Below, piece after piece: positions 8,503-17,655 of a DNA stretch of 64,000 nucleotides; the stretch's first letter is position 1; each line of letters starts with the position of its first letter. Both the position numbers and the translations under genes were made by a program. The notes under the pieces are model-generated. The model was not told the DNA's origin and did no database searches. It saw only the letters and a list, made by a program, of their open reading frames with translations. Source of the DNA: a virus; IMG/VR virus record IMGVR_UViG_3300020170_000001, positions 32,001 through 96,000 of that record. The stretch is one strand, 5' to 3'.

Positions 8503-9957
8503 TCACAGCAGCCCTGCGAAGCCTTCGTACATGCTGTCGATGGGATTACCCTGCTGAAACTCCCCGGTGAACTTGGAAGTCGCATAGTCGACACATAACT
8601 CGATCGAGTTAGCTTTTTCACCGTCCCGGTGCTTCATCAGCTGGGCCTTCACCTTTGTGCGGCGTGACTCGTTGTCCAGCGGAGCCAGCAATCCGATGAT
8701 GCTGTCGGCGGAGTTGGACGTCTCCGCCGTTTCGGACAACGCGCTGAGGGTGTAGTGACTCAGCTTCTCCGCTTCCGCCCGGGCGCTCCGGCTGACCTGC
8801 CACGGGCTGACGAACGGCACGCCGAGTCCGTCGTTGGTCGTCGTGCTGATCTGCTTGGCGGCTTTCAGCGTCTCCGACAATTCCTCACGCATCGTCGTCC
8901 GCTTGCGCTCCGGGCGCAGCAATGCGAGGTAGTCCATGATGACCAGGTCGATGTGCATCTGCCGGCCAATCCGAATGATCTTCGAATCCACGTAGCCCAT
9001 TGACGCGCCGCGGGGGACCTGGGCGACATAGGATCGCCCGTAGCTGGGATTCTCGTCGAAGTCCTCGACGACGTTCACGAACCGTCGCCGGTCCTCAGCC
9101 GACAAGGTGCCGTCTTTGATGTCGCGAGAATTGAGCCCGTCGCCGCTGCCGAACATCGGCAGGCAGGAGTGCCGGGCGATCAGCCGGCGTCGCACCTGAT
9201 TGCGGACCGTCTCGGTCGTCAGAAACAACACGTTCTTGCCCTGCTCGATGGCGGCGGACCAGGCCAGCTGCACGCACAGGCTGGTCTTGCCGTCGGAGGT
9301 GAACGCGACGATGAGCACCAGCTCGCCGCGGTGCAGACCGCCCAGCTTGTCGTCCAGGGCAGGAACACCGAAGCGGATGCCGAGTCCGTGCCCGGCCTGC
9401 CGGGCGGCTTCCTGAGCGGCGTACTCGGCCAGGATCTCGTGGCCCTCGCCGCGGACATCGCCTTCCGGCGCGTCCTGCATGGACAGGTTCCGGTCGATGT
9501 CGGCGAACCGGGACAGGGCATGCGCGCGGGCGTCGGCGTGCCCGCGCAGGGTCTCGCCCTTCTCGTCGGTGACCCCCCGGGTGAGGATCTCCATCGCGCC
9601 GGACAGCGCCTCGTTGGTGGCCCGGTCGGCGGCGAGCTCGCGGACCTGCTGCAGCGACCACAGGAAGGCGGCGTCATCGGCGCTCAGGTCGTGGATCTCG
9701 TCGTAGATTTCCTGGTAGGCGGCGATCGTGCCGGCGTCGACCCGTGTCCCGGCGAGCAGGTCGGCCAGCGCGGCGCGGCTGAGCACTGCGCCCTGGGTGA
9801 CTTCGCTGAAGCGTTCCAGCAGGGCGAACAGGTTGGCCAGGATCCGGTCCGGGATCTGCTCGGGGCTCAGGTCACGCAGGGCCCGTTCGAGCAGGTCGGG
9901 CCGGCTGGGAATGATCGCAGCCAGGACGGTTTTCGCGTGGGTCGTTGCACTGGTCAC
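8503..9957 (-). CDS. DnaB-like replicative helicase
   Basis: Walker A AFTSDGKTS, FLTTE, VIMDYL, WQVSR, KHRDGE motifs. Confidence 0.9.
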   Translation of the reverse strand: MTSATTHAKTVLAAIIPSRPDLLERALRDLSPEQIPDRILANLFALLERFSEVTQGAVLSRAALADLLAGTRVDAGTIAAYQEIYDEIHDLSADDAAFLWSLQQVRELAADRATNEALSGAMEILTRGVTDEKGETLRGHADARAHALSRFADIDRNLSMQDAPEGDVRGEGHEILAEYAAQEAARQAGHGLGIRFGVPALDDKLGGLHRGELVLIVAFTSDGKTSLCVQLAWSAAIEQGKNVLFLTTETVRNQVRRRLIARHSCLPMFGSGDGLNSRDIKDGTLSAEDRRRFVNVVEDFDENPSYGRSYVAQVPRGASMGYVDSKIIRIGRQMHIDLVIMDYLALLRPERKRTTMREELSETLKAAKQISTTTNDGLGVPFVSPWQVSRSARAEAEKLSHYTLSALSETAETSNSADSIIGLLAPLDNESRRTKVKAQLMKHRDGEKANSIELCVDYATSKFTGEFQQGNPIDSMYEGFAGLL

Positions 9958-9996
9958 GGCCTCCCTACGAGTGGCATGCCGTGACGATGCAGCGCG

Positions 9997-10323
9997 TTAC
10001 GCCGGATCGAGGGTGAATGCGAAGACGCGCTGCTCGCCGGGGTAGTCACGGAATTCGCCGAGCGCGTTGCGCATCCGAACCCCCCAGGTCAGGGCCGCCT
10101 GCTCATCCTCATACTCGACGGTGTAGACGTCGGAGATCTGGACGACGACGCCGAAGTTCGCGACCGTGTCGTCCGTCTCGACATCCAGCACGCTGGTGTC
10201 CTTCCACGACCGCTTGTCCCGTGAGCCGCCAAGGTTGACGCTGTCGCGGGTGAACGGCGCTGGCAGCGTCCTGCGCGTCTGCGAGTGGGGGTATGGCGAA
10301 CCCGTGACACCGTGCAATTCCAT
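9997..10323 (-). CDS. Hypothetical protein
   Basis: ATG at 10323 with GGGGAG SD. Confidence 0.5.
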   Translation of the reverse strand: MELHGVTGSPYPHSQTRRTLPAPFTRDSVNLGGSRDKRSWKDTSVLDVETDDTVANFGVVVQISDVYTVEYEDEQAALTWGVRMRNALGEFRDYPGEQRVFAFTLDPA

Positions 10324-10408
10324 TCCGATACTCCCCCGTGGACGACGACGCATGTGTGGCTATTCGGCTGAGTCAACGATATTGGCCGGTTCGTGGTTAC
10401 TGACCCGA

Positions 10409-10762
10409 TCAGCTCCGAGCGACCCGGCCGGTGATCGGCGGCCGTTCCCAGCCATCGACCAGGCGGCCGACTGAGGACCTCGCGGTCTGTCCGCAGCCTC
10501 GACACTTGCCCTCGCGGAAGATGTAGCCGAACCGGCCGGCCGGCACCTGCTCGTGCGGGTAGGCCGGCGACAGCCAGTACTGCTCGCGCAGCTCCAGGGC
10601 GGTCGAGCGGTGGTGCCGCGCGGGACACAGGTGGCGGTAGATGCCCAAGAAGAACGGGGCATCATAGGTCGGCGGTTTCGTCTCGTTGAGCCCGAGCAGC
10701 AGTGTCGCCGCCTCGTCGCGGAAGACCCGGCCGACGCTCTTCTCCTGCGCCGTCAGCTCCAC
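10409..10762 (-). CDS. Hypothetical Cys/His-containing protein
   Basis: GTG at 10762 overlapping the dcd stop; HLC...CRGC. Confidence 0.6.
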   Translation of the reverse strand: MELTAQEKSVGRVFRDEAATLLLGLNETKPPTYDAPFFLGIYRHLCPARHHRSTALELREQYWLSPAYPHEQVPAGRFGYIFREGKCRGCGQTARSSVGRLVDGWERPPITGRVARS

Positions 10763-11262
10763 GGCAGGGCCGACGGGGTCACGCTGGACTGGTGCTGGTA
10801 GTGGCTGCCCAGCGCTGGCGTCCCGTAGGGTCGCGTGACCGGCTGGTCGACCCGCTCGAAGCTGATCTGTGCGATGGCGCAGCCGACCGAGAGGGCCTGG
10901 GTGACCGCGGAGAGGTTGGTCAGCTCCAGGGTGATCGTGCCTTCGAAGCCGGGGTCGACGAACCCGGCGGTCGAGTGGACCATGAGGAACTTGCGGCCCC
11001 AGGAGGATTTGCCCTCGACCCGGGCGACCAGATCGTCGGGGATCGCGATGCGTTCGGCCGTGGTCGCCAGGACGCATTCGCCCGGCAGCATCAGGTAGGC
11101 CGTCGGGTGCTGGACGGGAACGTTGGAGTACGGGGACAGGAATGCCGAGCCGAGGGTCAGGTCCACGCTGGCGGGCTGGAATTGCCAATCCTCCGGCTGC
11201 GGGTCGATGCGAATCCGTTTGCCGCGGATCTGGCTGCGGATCGAGGCGTCGGACAGGATCAC
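10753..11262 (-). CDS. dcd: dCTP deaminase
   Basis: ILSD, QPASVDLTL, EGKSSWGR, TAGFVDPGFEGTITLEL motifs. Confidence 0.95.
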   Translation of the reverse strand: MILSDASIRSQIRGKRIRIDPQPEDWQFQPASVDLTLGSAFLSPYSNVPVQHPTAYLMLPGECVLATTAERIAIPDDLVARVEGKSSWGRKFLMVHSTAGFVDPGFEGTITLELTNLSAVTQALSVGCAIAQISFERVDQPVTRPYGTPALGSHYQHQSSVTPSALPWS

Positions 11263-11459
11263 AGCTGACCCACTTCCGCGCCGACCGCGGAAACGACCTC
11301 GGACCAGAAGACCTTGACGGCGGTTGCCGCGGCGTGCCGCATGTTCTCCTCAACGCCGGGCGCGATCGCTGCGACGATTTTGTTGGCGATCTTCTCGGTG
11401 TCCTCGTCGCTCATCTGGAACTCGTCGCGCAGGATCTTCTCGATGCTGTCTTTAATCAT
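11259..11459 (-). CDS. Hypothetical protein
   Basis: 66-aa ORF coupled to both neighbours. Confidence 0.6.
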   Translation of the reverse strand: MIKDSIEKILRDEFQMSDEDTEKIANKIVAAIAPGVEENMRHAAATAVKVFWSEVVSAVGAEVGQL

Positions 11460-12147
11460 TGCTCTCTCGATGTTGGACGGCGAGGATCATTCCGGCGTGC
11501 ACGGCAAGCACGGCCCTGGCGTGCAACTGGCTGGCGCGGCTCTCGGAGATGCCCATCGCTTTGGCGACCTCCTGTAGTTGGAGGCCCTTGAAGTAATGCA
11601 GGCTCAGCACAACTTGCTGGTCCGGTTCGAGGTCTCGGATGGTGCCCACGACGGTGTCCAGGACTTCGGAGGTGAAGGCGTCGGATTCGACGCCCCGCCC
11701 GGAGACCGGGTCCAACTCCTCAGCTTCCAGCGACACCGGGCGTTGCGCCATGCCGCGGATCGTGTTGCGGACCTCTTGGACGCTCATCCCGGAACGCTCG
11801 GCAAGCTCCTTCTCGGACAGACCCTTCTCCTGGCCTGCTTCCTGCAACGCTTTCGCCCGGGTCCGCAGGCTGCGGGTGGCCCAGTCGCTGGAGCGGATGG
11901 CGTCGATCAGCGCGCCGTTGACACGCTGCACAACGAACGGCCGGAAGAACTGCAACGCCAGCGGGTCGAAGTTCTTCTCAGCGCAATAGGTCTCCCACCT
12001 GCGGGCGGCGCTGACCAGGCCGAGGTAGGCGATGCCGGTCAGCTCATCCAGTTCCAGCGCGTGTGGGGCTCTGCGCCAGGTCTGCCGGGCGAGTGACTGT
12101 GACAGGCCCATGTACTGGTGAATGAGGACGTCGGCATCGACTGCCAT
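11452..12147 (-). CDS. FliA/WhiG-family (sigma-28) RNA polymerase sigma factor
   Basis: ELDELTGIAYLGLV, GALIDAIRSSDWATRSLR (cf. WhiG/FliA DWxPRS), and region 4 LQEVAKAMGISESRASQLH; ATG at 12147. Confidence 0.88.
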   Translation of the reverse strand: MAVDADVLIHQYMGLSQSLARQTWRRAPHALELDELTGIAYLGLVSAARRWETYCAEKNFDPLALQFFRPFVVQRVNGALIDAIRSSDWATRSLRTRAKALQEAGQEKGLSEKELAERSGMSVQEVRNTIRGMAQRPVSLEAEELDPVSGRGVESDAFTSEVLDTVVGTIRDLEPDQQVVLSLHYFKGLQLQEVAKAMGISESRASQLHARAVLAVHAGMILAVQHRESND

Positions 12148-12458
12148 TACATCACTTTCCGGTTGATCCGCTTGTAGCCCAGCTCGGCGTATTTCCGCTC
12201 CTCGAAGGAGTACCGGCGCAGGATGGCGTAGGGTACCCGGCCCATCAGCATCCGGTAGTGCCCGAGGAGATCGTGGATGTTGTAGTGGCCGGTAGCGCAG
12301 GCGACGATGATGTTGTCCTCGATATCGGGGCCGCCATCGCCGAGCGGCCACACATGGTGGCGGTGGTTGACGTGGGTCTCCGGCATATGCCGGGCGTGCA
12401 GTTGGCACGGCTGCGTCGTCGCCCGAATGTGTGTGTGCGGGTCTGTTTCATTGGCCAT
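12147..12458 (-). CDS. HNH endonuclease-like protein
   Basis: HHVWPLGDGGPD...NIIVACATGHYNIH. Confidence 0.8.
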   Translation of the reverse strand: MANETDPHTHIRATTQPCQLHARHMPETHVNHRHHVWPLGDGGPDIEDNIIVACATGHYNIHDLLGHYRMLMGRVPYAILRRYSFEERKYAELGYKRINRKVM

Positions 12459-12472
12459 GGGTCACCCTTGTC

Positions 12473-14134
12473 CTATCTCGATCGCCCGATCAGGTTCAGC
12501 AGCTGCAATGGCGAGAGCGCCTCATACAGCTGATTGGTTTCGTTCCACACGGCGTCGGCGATCGCCTGTTCGGTACACAAGGTTTCCAAATAGTGTTCCT
12601 CTTGGGTGCCGACCGTGAAGAGGTTGTGCACGTAGACCGCCCGGTGAGCGGAGCCGTCGCGGCGGATACGCCCGACCAGCTGCTGCATGCGGGCCGGGTT
12701 GAGCAGCTGGTCGACGTTGATCAGGTGGCGCGACACCTGAAGGTTCAGCGACGCTTCCATCGCGGCGGTGCCGATCAGTACCCGGCATTCGGGGTCGTCC
12801 CAGAACTGCTGCTGGGCGGCCCGGCGAGCGCTGGCCCGGTTCTCCCGGCCCCAGATCAGAGCGTGCCGGACACCGCGGCGGGTCAGTCGCTTACTGAGGG
12901 CGTCGACCGCGTTGGTGAATTGGCAGAACACCACGACCTTTTCGTCGGACAGGTCCCCGTCGACCAGCGTGTTCTCGGCCCAGTCGAGCTTGCTGCTCGT
13001 GCGGGGCAGGTCGGGTTCGCCGAGGGTGGCCAGGCCGGAGCAGATCATCGCGCCGTAGACGAACCGGGCGACGGCCGCGAGCCGCTTGACCTGGACGCTT
13101 TCTTCTTTGATGACTTTGAGGACGCCCGCGCGCAGCTGCTCGTACTTCTCGGCCTGCGCCGGGTAGAGGTCGAGGAAGATGTCGTTCGGCGGCATGATCT
13201 CGGGCAGATCGACGTCGTCGACGTGCGCGGCGGTCCTACGCAGGGTCATGGGGGCGAGCTTGCGAACGAAGTCGTCGATGTTCTTGTAGCCGAGCGTCTT
13301 CTTGGTGACGACCTCGCGGCCCAGGGAACGGTTGTAGACGTTGACGAGTTCGGTCCGTTCGTAGGTCCGCCGGAAATTGGTCTCGGATCCGAATACGGCG
13401 AATCCGCCGACCGGCTCCAGCATGGAGTGCAGCTCCCGGAGGCGCTTCTGCAGCGGGGTCGCGTTGAGTTCGATGACGCGGGGGCTGCGCCGGGCGAGGC
13501 GTTTGATCACGGCGGCGGATTGGTTCTTGCGGTTGCGCAGGGCGTCGACGTCGTCGATGACGACCGCGCCGAGAGTGAAATGTTCGAAGTGCTCGTGGTC
13601 GCGCATGAGCATCTGGTATCCGGTGACCAGGATGTCCCAGCCGGCGACATACTTGTCGATCCGTTTGCTCAGGGGGCCGGTGGCATCGACAACGACGAGC
13701 TTCGGCAGGAACCGCATCAGCTCTGCGCGCCATTGGTCGATGGCGGCCGGCCGGCAGATCACGATGACGCGCTTGCCGCCGTCGAGCTCGCCCGACTGTT
13801 TGATCATCGCGAGTAGTCCGGCGGCCTGGCCGGTCTTGCCCAGTCCGACTTGGTCGGCGATCAAGCCTTTGCCGCGCATGTAAAGCCAGGCAATCCCGAC
13901 GCGCTGGTGTTTACGGAATTTGATGCCGCAACGCCGGCACGGGCTGGGCGCTTGGCGAAGTCCCTCATCGAGGGTGGCATGGCTGGGGCACGGGCTGGAG
14001 TTGAACCATTCGAGCTCTGGCAGGGCGAAGTCGCCCAGGGTGCGGATCTTGTCGGCGGCAGCCAGGCGCGTCTGCTCGGGCAGGTCGCGGGCGTCGACGA
14101 AGTGATTCACGGCATCTCTACATGGATGCGCCAC
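12473..14134 (-). CDS. SNF2-family helicase/translocase
   Basis: LIADQVGLGKT, IDDVD, NATPLQ, KVVVFCQF, SLNLQ, QLVGRIRR. Confidence 0.88.
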   Translation of the reverse strand: MAHPCRDAVNHFVDARDLPEQTRLAAADKIRTLGDFALPELEWFNSSPCPSHATLDEGLRQAPSPCRRCGIKFRKHQRVGIAWLYMRGKGLIADQVGLGKTGQAAGLLAMIKQSGELDGGKRVIVICRPAAIDQWRAELMRFLPKLVVVDATGPLSKRIDKYVAGWDILVTGYQMLMRDHEHFEHFTLGAVVIDDVDALRNRKNQSAAVIKRLARRSPRVIELNATPLQKRLRELHSMLEPVGGFAVFGSETNFRRTYERTELVNVYNRSLGREVVTKKTLGYKNIDDFVRKLAPMTLRRTAAHVDDVDLPEIMPPNDIFLDLYPAQAEKYEQLRAGVLKVIKEESVQVKRLAAVARFVYGAMICSGLATLGEPDLPRTSSKLDWAENTLVDGDLSDEKVVVFCQFTNAVDALSKRLTRRGVRHALIWGRENRASARRAAQQQFWDDPECRVLIGTAAMEASLNLQVSRHLINVDQLLNPARMQQLVGRIRRDGSAHRAVYVHNLFTVGTQEEHYLETLCTEQAIADAVWNETNQLYEALSPLQLLNLIGRSR

Positions 14135-14378
14135 CTCGATCCGGCGCAGCCGCGCGGGCGTCCCGGCGGGCCTGCCAGACTTCCCTCTTGCGGGTGATGG
14201 TGACTGCGGCGCGGGCCATCTGCACGGCGTAGGAGACGTCGGTCTGGAATGCTTCCATGGCCTGCTCGATGTGGTGCCGGAAAGCGACCGTGTCGACCGG
14301 GTTGGCCGTGCGTCGGGGCCGTCGCCGAAACAGCGGGGTGAGCTCGTCGAGTCGCACGTCGCTGATTGTTTGGGTCAT
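14118..14378 (-). CDS. Hypothetical protein
   Basis: 86-aa ORF coupled to its neighbours. Confidence 0.55.
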   Translation of the reverse strand: MTQTISDVRLDELTPLFRRRPRRTANPVDTVAFRHHIEQAMEAFQTDVSYAVQMARAAVTITRKREVWQARRDARAAAPDRGGASM

Positions 14379-14740
14379 CAGCCGATGTCCTGCGGGACGT
14401 TGGGGGCCTTGTGTTTCGCGCTGGGAACCAGGACGGGGATTGCCGCCGAGTTGGTGTTGTCGACGGCCTTGAGGGTGTCCTTGGTGAGGCTAGCTCCCGA
14501 GCCTACAGACAGTCCGTAAAAGACCAGCGACCAGAATCCGAGGGTGTGCAGATTCATGTCGCCGATCGTGATGCCGTCCGCCCATGCGGTCTGGGCGACC
14601 AGGAGCACGACAACGACGCCGGCCAGCCAACTGAAGAGTTGAGTAAGAACGCCGTTACGGTCGCCGGCGCGTACGTAACGGAGAAAGTCAATTATTTTCA
14701 GGGTCAGGGCGGCCATGGCAACCACAGGCAGGAAGTCCAT
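14378..14740 (-). CDS. Holin-like membrane protein
   Basis: 120 aa with about three hydrophobic segments, at the end of the tail operon. Confidence 0.55.
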   Translation of the reverse strand: MDFLPVVAMAALTLKIIDFLRYVRAGDRNGVLTQLFSWLAGVVVVLLVAQTAWADGITIGDMNLHTLGFWSLVFYGLSVGSGASLTKDTLKAVDNTNSAAIPVLVPSAKHKAPNVPQDIG

Positions 14741-14810
14741 CGGTGCAGCCTTTCCAGGAGGTGAGGCGTCGCCTCACGTCCTAGTACCGCATTCAGGTGT
14801 CTCCGATGCG

Positions 14811-16064
14811 TCAGAAGAAGAATGCGGTTGAAGCGTGATGACTTTCCACCGGCGTGTCTTTGTCGACAGTAGCGTAGTGAATGTTGACGTCGAGCCCGTT
14901 GAAGCTGATGAAGGATTGAACCTCGGTGTTGGTCGCGTCCGCCGGAGGCAACCCTTCGATAGTGGCGTAGAAGCTGATGTTGTCTTCGCCGGGAGCTTCG
15001 AAGTCCCAGACGAAACTGGGGACGGTGAGGGAGCCAGATGTGTAGCGCCCGCCCTGGCCGTTTGGGCCGTCAAAATCGATCGGGATGCCGGTTGTCTCGA
15101 AGATGAGCAGCCCGGTCGGGATGGGACTGCTGGGGTAGCGCGAGTCATACTCCACGCCGAGCAGCCGCACAGAGTTCGGATCGGCCGCCGGTGTTCCCGC
15201 CGCACTCGTCTCAGCGTAGATCCGAAACGTCACCGCATTCACCAACAGTGGACCGCCGGTCCCCGACGACACGATCGTCACGGAGCAGACGATGGCACCG
15301 GTCACATAGACGCGCCGGATTGTCATCTGGGACATGGGAGCGTACTGGCCTGTGTAGTCGACGCTTCGTTGGTTATAGGCAGCACTGAGGCGAGCCCGAA
15401 TGACCTGGAAGTCGATCATCCCGGCAGTGCTGAAGTTCGACGTTCGGGTCAAGAAGGGACTGTGGCTGATCGTGTAGGCGTCGAATACCTGAACGGCGCA
15501 CAGGATGTGGTAGGAGTTATGGGTGTAGAAGGCAACGACGTCAAGTGTGGTCACTGAACCGTCGGCATATTCCGTCACTTGATGCTGGACCGTCGCTCCT
15601 CGCGGCCAGAAGTAGTCGAGCAGCATTCGAGAGTGAGACGGCGGACCGGCCGCAGTAAGTCGCAGCAGAGGGACGATGCGCCAGTTCGGGTCGCCCCTGG
15701 CAACCAGGTGGAAAAGGCGGACATAGTCGGACGGCATCGGCGAGTACGACGAAACTACTGAGTTGGTCAGGTAGTTGGGATTGAAGGGTGTCGTGCTCCA
15801 GGTCCGGGCGGGGGCGCGCACATCAAGGGCATCGAGACTGGTATTGGTGAGGCCTCGCCGGTATACCAGTTCGTACCCCCAGGCGGGAACCATCCATCGA
15901 TGGTTTACGCCGTGGTAGATGTTCAGGGAGCGAATCACCGTGTCTTCACCTGCACCGACCGGGACCGGGGCCCATCGGCCGTCCGGGGTGTAAATCCAGA
16001 GTTGCTTTCCGGAGGTGCCGGTGCCGTAGATCTGTGCGCCGGAGGGCTTGGAGAGGTCAGTCAT
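14811..16064 (-). CDS. Putative minor tail / receptor-binding protein
   Basis: Last gene of the tail tip block; beta-rich, lower GC. Confidence 0.5.
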   Translation of the reverse strand: MTDLSKPSGAQIYGTGTSGKQLWIYTPDGRWAPVPVGAGEDTVIRSLNIYHGVNHRWMVPAWGYELVYRRGLTNTSLDALDVRAPARTWSTTPFNPNYLTNSVVSSYSPMPSDYVRLFHLVARGDPNWRIVPLLRLTAAGPPSHSRMLLDYFWPRGATVQHQVTEYADGSVTTLDVVAFYTHNSYHILCAVQVFDAYTISHSPFLTRTSNFSTAGMIDFQVIRARLSAAYNQRSVDYTGQYAPMSQMTIRRVYVTGAIVCSVTIVSSGTGGPLLVNAVTFRIYAETSAAGTPAADPNSVRLLGVEYDSRYPSSPIPTGLLIFETTGIPIDFDGPNGQGGRYTSGSLTVPSFVWDFEAPGEDNISFYATIEGLPPADATNTEVQSFISFNGLDVNIHYATVDKDTPVESHHASTAFFF

Positions 16065-17655
16065 AAGTCTCCAGCCAGAAGTCTCCAGGGCTGACGGTGA
16101 CGTTGGACTGGGTTGCCGGGTCTACGGACTGGACGAATACCCGCGGGCCGCCGGTTCCGCCGCCTGAGCCGGTGGCCGGGTCTCCTGGCTCCCATTTCCC
16201 GGTCGTGGCGTTGTAGACCAGGGTGCTCCCGTCGGCGGGGGTGCCGGGTATCGCGATCTCTTTGAGATCGGCGAGGCTGTAGTTTCGCGGGTTGTTGATC
16301 AGCTGGGTGATCTGCTTTTCCAGCTCCAGCAGCTTCGCGTCGATCAGCGACTGCAGGGTCAGCTCGCAGTCGGGGACGGTCTGGTCGGAGGCGAGGCTAA
16401 CGGTGATCGCCATGACCCGGTATTTCGTTGGGGGTCCCGCCGCGGTCGGCGTGGAGCCGAACGTGTCGTCGTTGACGCCGACGTCGTCGCCGACGAAATA
16501 GTTTCGATACGGAACCCGGCCGGGCTCATCGTAGGCGACCTTGATGGTCCACTGATCTTTCTGGTCTTTGCTCTGCTGGATGTAGCGGTCGGCGATCTGG
16601 TCGCGCAATTTGGTGTCGGTGACGTTCTTATTGGTCTCGTTGCGCTGCTCGCGGATGTTCCAGGCGGCGACGCTGCGGGTGTCGAGCCGAATCGACTCAT
16701 CGCCATCAACGTCGACCGCAATGACCCTGTTGTAGATAGTCTCACGGTCGCGGACGCGCTCGTCGGAGATGATGTTGCCGGAGAAGAACCGGACGGTCTT
16801 GCTCCGGTCGGTGCCGATCCGGCGGCGAACGTCGAGTTTGAATCCGGGGTACATGAGCCATTCGAGGCGCTGCCCGAACCATTTGCTGTAGTCGCGCCCG
16901 GTGCAGTCGTTGAGGAATTCGAGCAGATTCTGCCCGGGCTCCTGCGGCTGGTATCCGGTGTTGGTGGCGACCTCCTCGATCGTCTTGACCACCTGGAAGT
17001 CCTGTTTCCCGCTGTCTTTGAGGGCGGTGAACATCAGGGTCACGAAGGGGACGACTCCGCGGCGCTGGGCGGCCTTAAAGACGGTGTACCACATCCGCAT
17101 CGTTGGCCAGTCGATCGGAAATCGCCACAGAAAGGCTGGCTGCGTGTCGTTCTGGGAGGTGGACCGCCAGATGTTGATGACGGTGTTGCTGCCGTCGGTG
17201 CTGGTCTGGTGCCCGATGATCGGCGGTTTGGTCGGCCAGCCAGGACGGTTGATGATCGCCCAGGTCAGGGCCTGGGCAATGCCGGGGCCGGCGATGGTGA
17301 TCCCGTGGGTGCCGTCGTCGCCGGTGACGGTCTGGGTGACGGTTTGTGCGAGCCAGGCGAAGCGGGGCACCCCATTGTCCCAGGCCTCGAACACGTATTC
17401 GTTGTTGAGCAGCACCCGTCGGGAGTTGCCATTGGACAGGATGTCGGTCCAGAAGGGGCTGTCGTAGTCCAGGGTGATGCTGCCCTGGCCGGGGCCGTTG
17501 AGTTCCTGGGTGAAGCTGAAGGCGGTGTATTCGCCGACGATGGCCACCAGCGACTTCATGTCCTTGTAGTCCAGGACCCGGATCTGCCAGCCGGTGGAGA
17601 TGTTGGGTTCCGGCGTGCCGATGCTCAGGAAACGGCTGTTAACGGTGCTGGGCAT
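16057..17655 (-). CDS. Minor tail (tip/hub) protein
   Basis: ATG at 17655; FTQELNGPGQGSITL and YFVGDDVGV are typical of siphovirus hub proteins; C-terminal fibre-like motif. Confidence 0.7.
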   Translation of the reverse strand: MPSTVNSRFLSIGTPEPNISTGWQIRVLDYKDMKSLVAIVGEYTAFSFTQELNGPGQGSITLDYDSPFWTDILSNGNSRRVLLNNEYVFEAWDNGVPRFAWLAQTVTQTVTGDDGTHGITIAGPGIAQALTWAIINRPGWPTKPPIIGHQTSTDGSNTVINIWRSTSQNDTQPAFLWRFPIDWPTMRMWYTVFKAAQRRGVVPFVTLMFTALKDSGKQDFQVVKTIEEVATNTGYQPQEPGQNLLEFLNDCTGRDYSKWFGQRLEWLMYPGFKLDVRRRIGTDRSKTVRFFSGNIISDERVRDRETIYNRVIAVDVDGDESIRLDTRSVAAWNIREQRNETNKNVTDTKLRDQIADRYIQQSKDQKDQWTIKVAYDEPGRVPYRNYFVGDDVGVNDDTFGSTPTAAGPPTKYRVMAITVSLASDQTVPDCELTLQSLIDAKLLELEKQITQLINNPRNYSLADLKEIAIPGTPADGSTLVYNATTGKWEPGDPATGSGGGTGGPRVFVQSVDPATQSNVTVSPGDFWLETYD

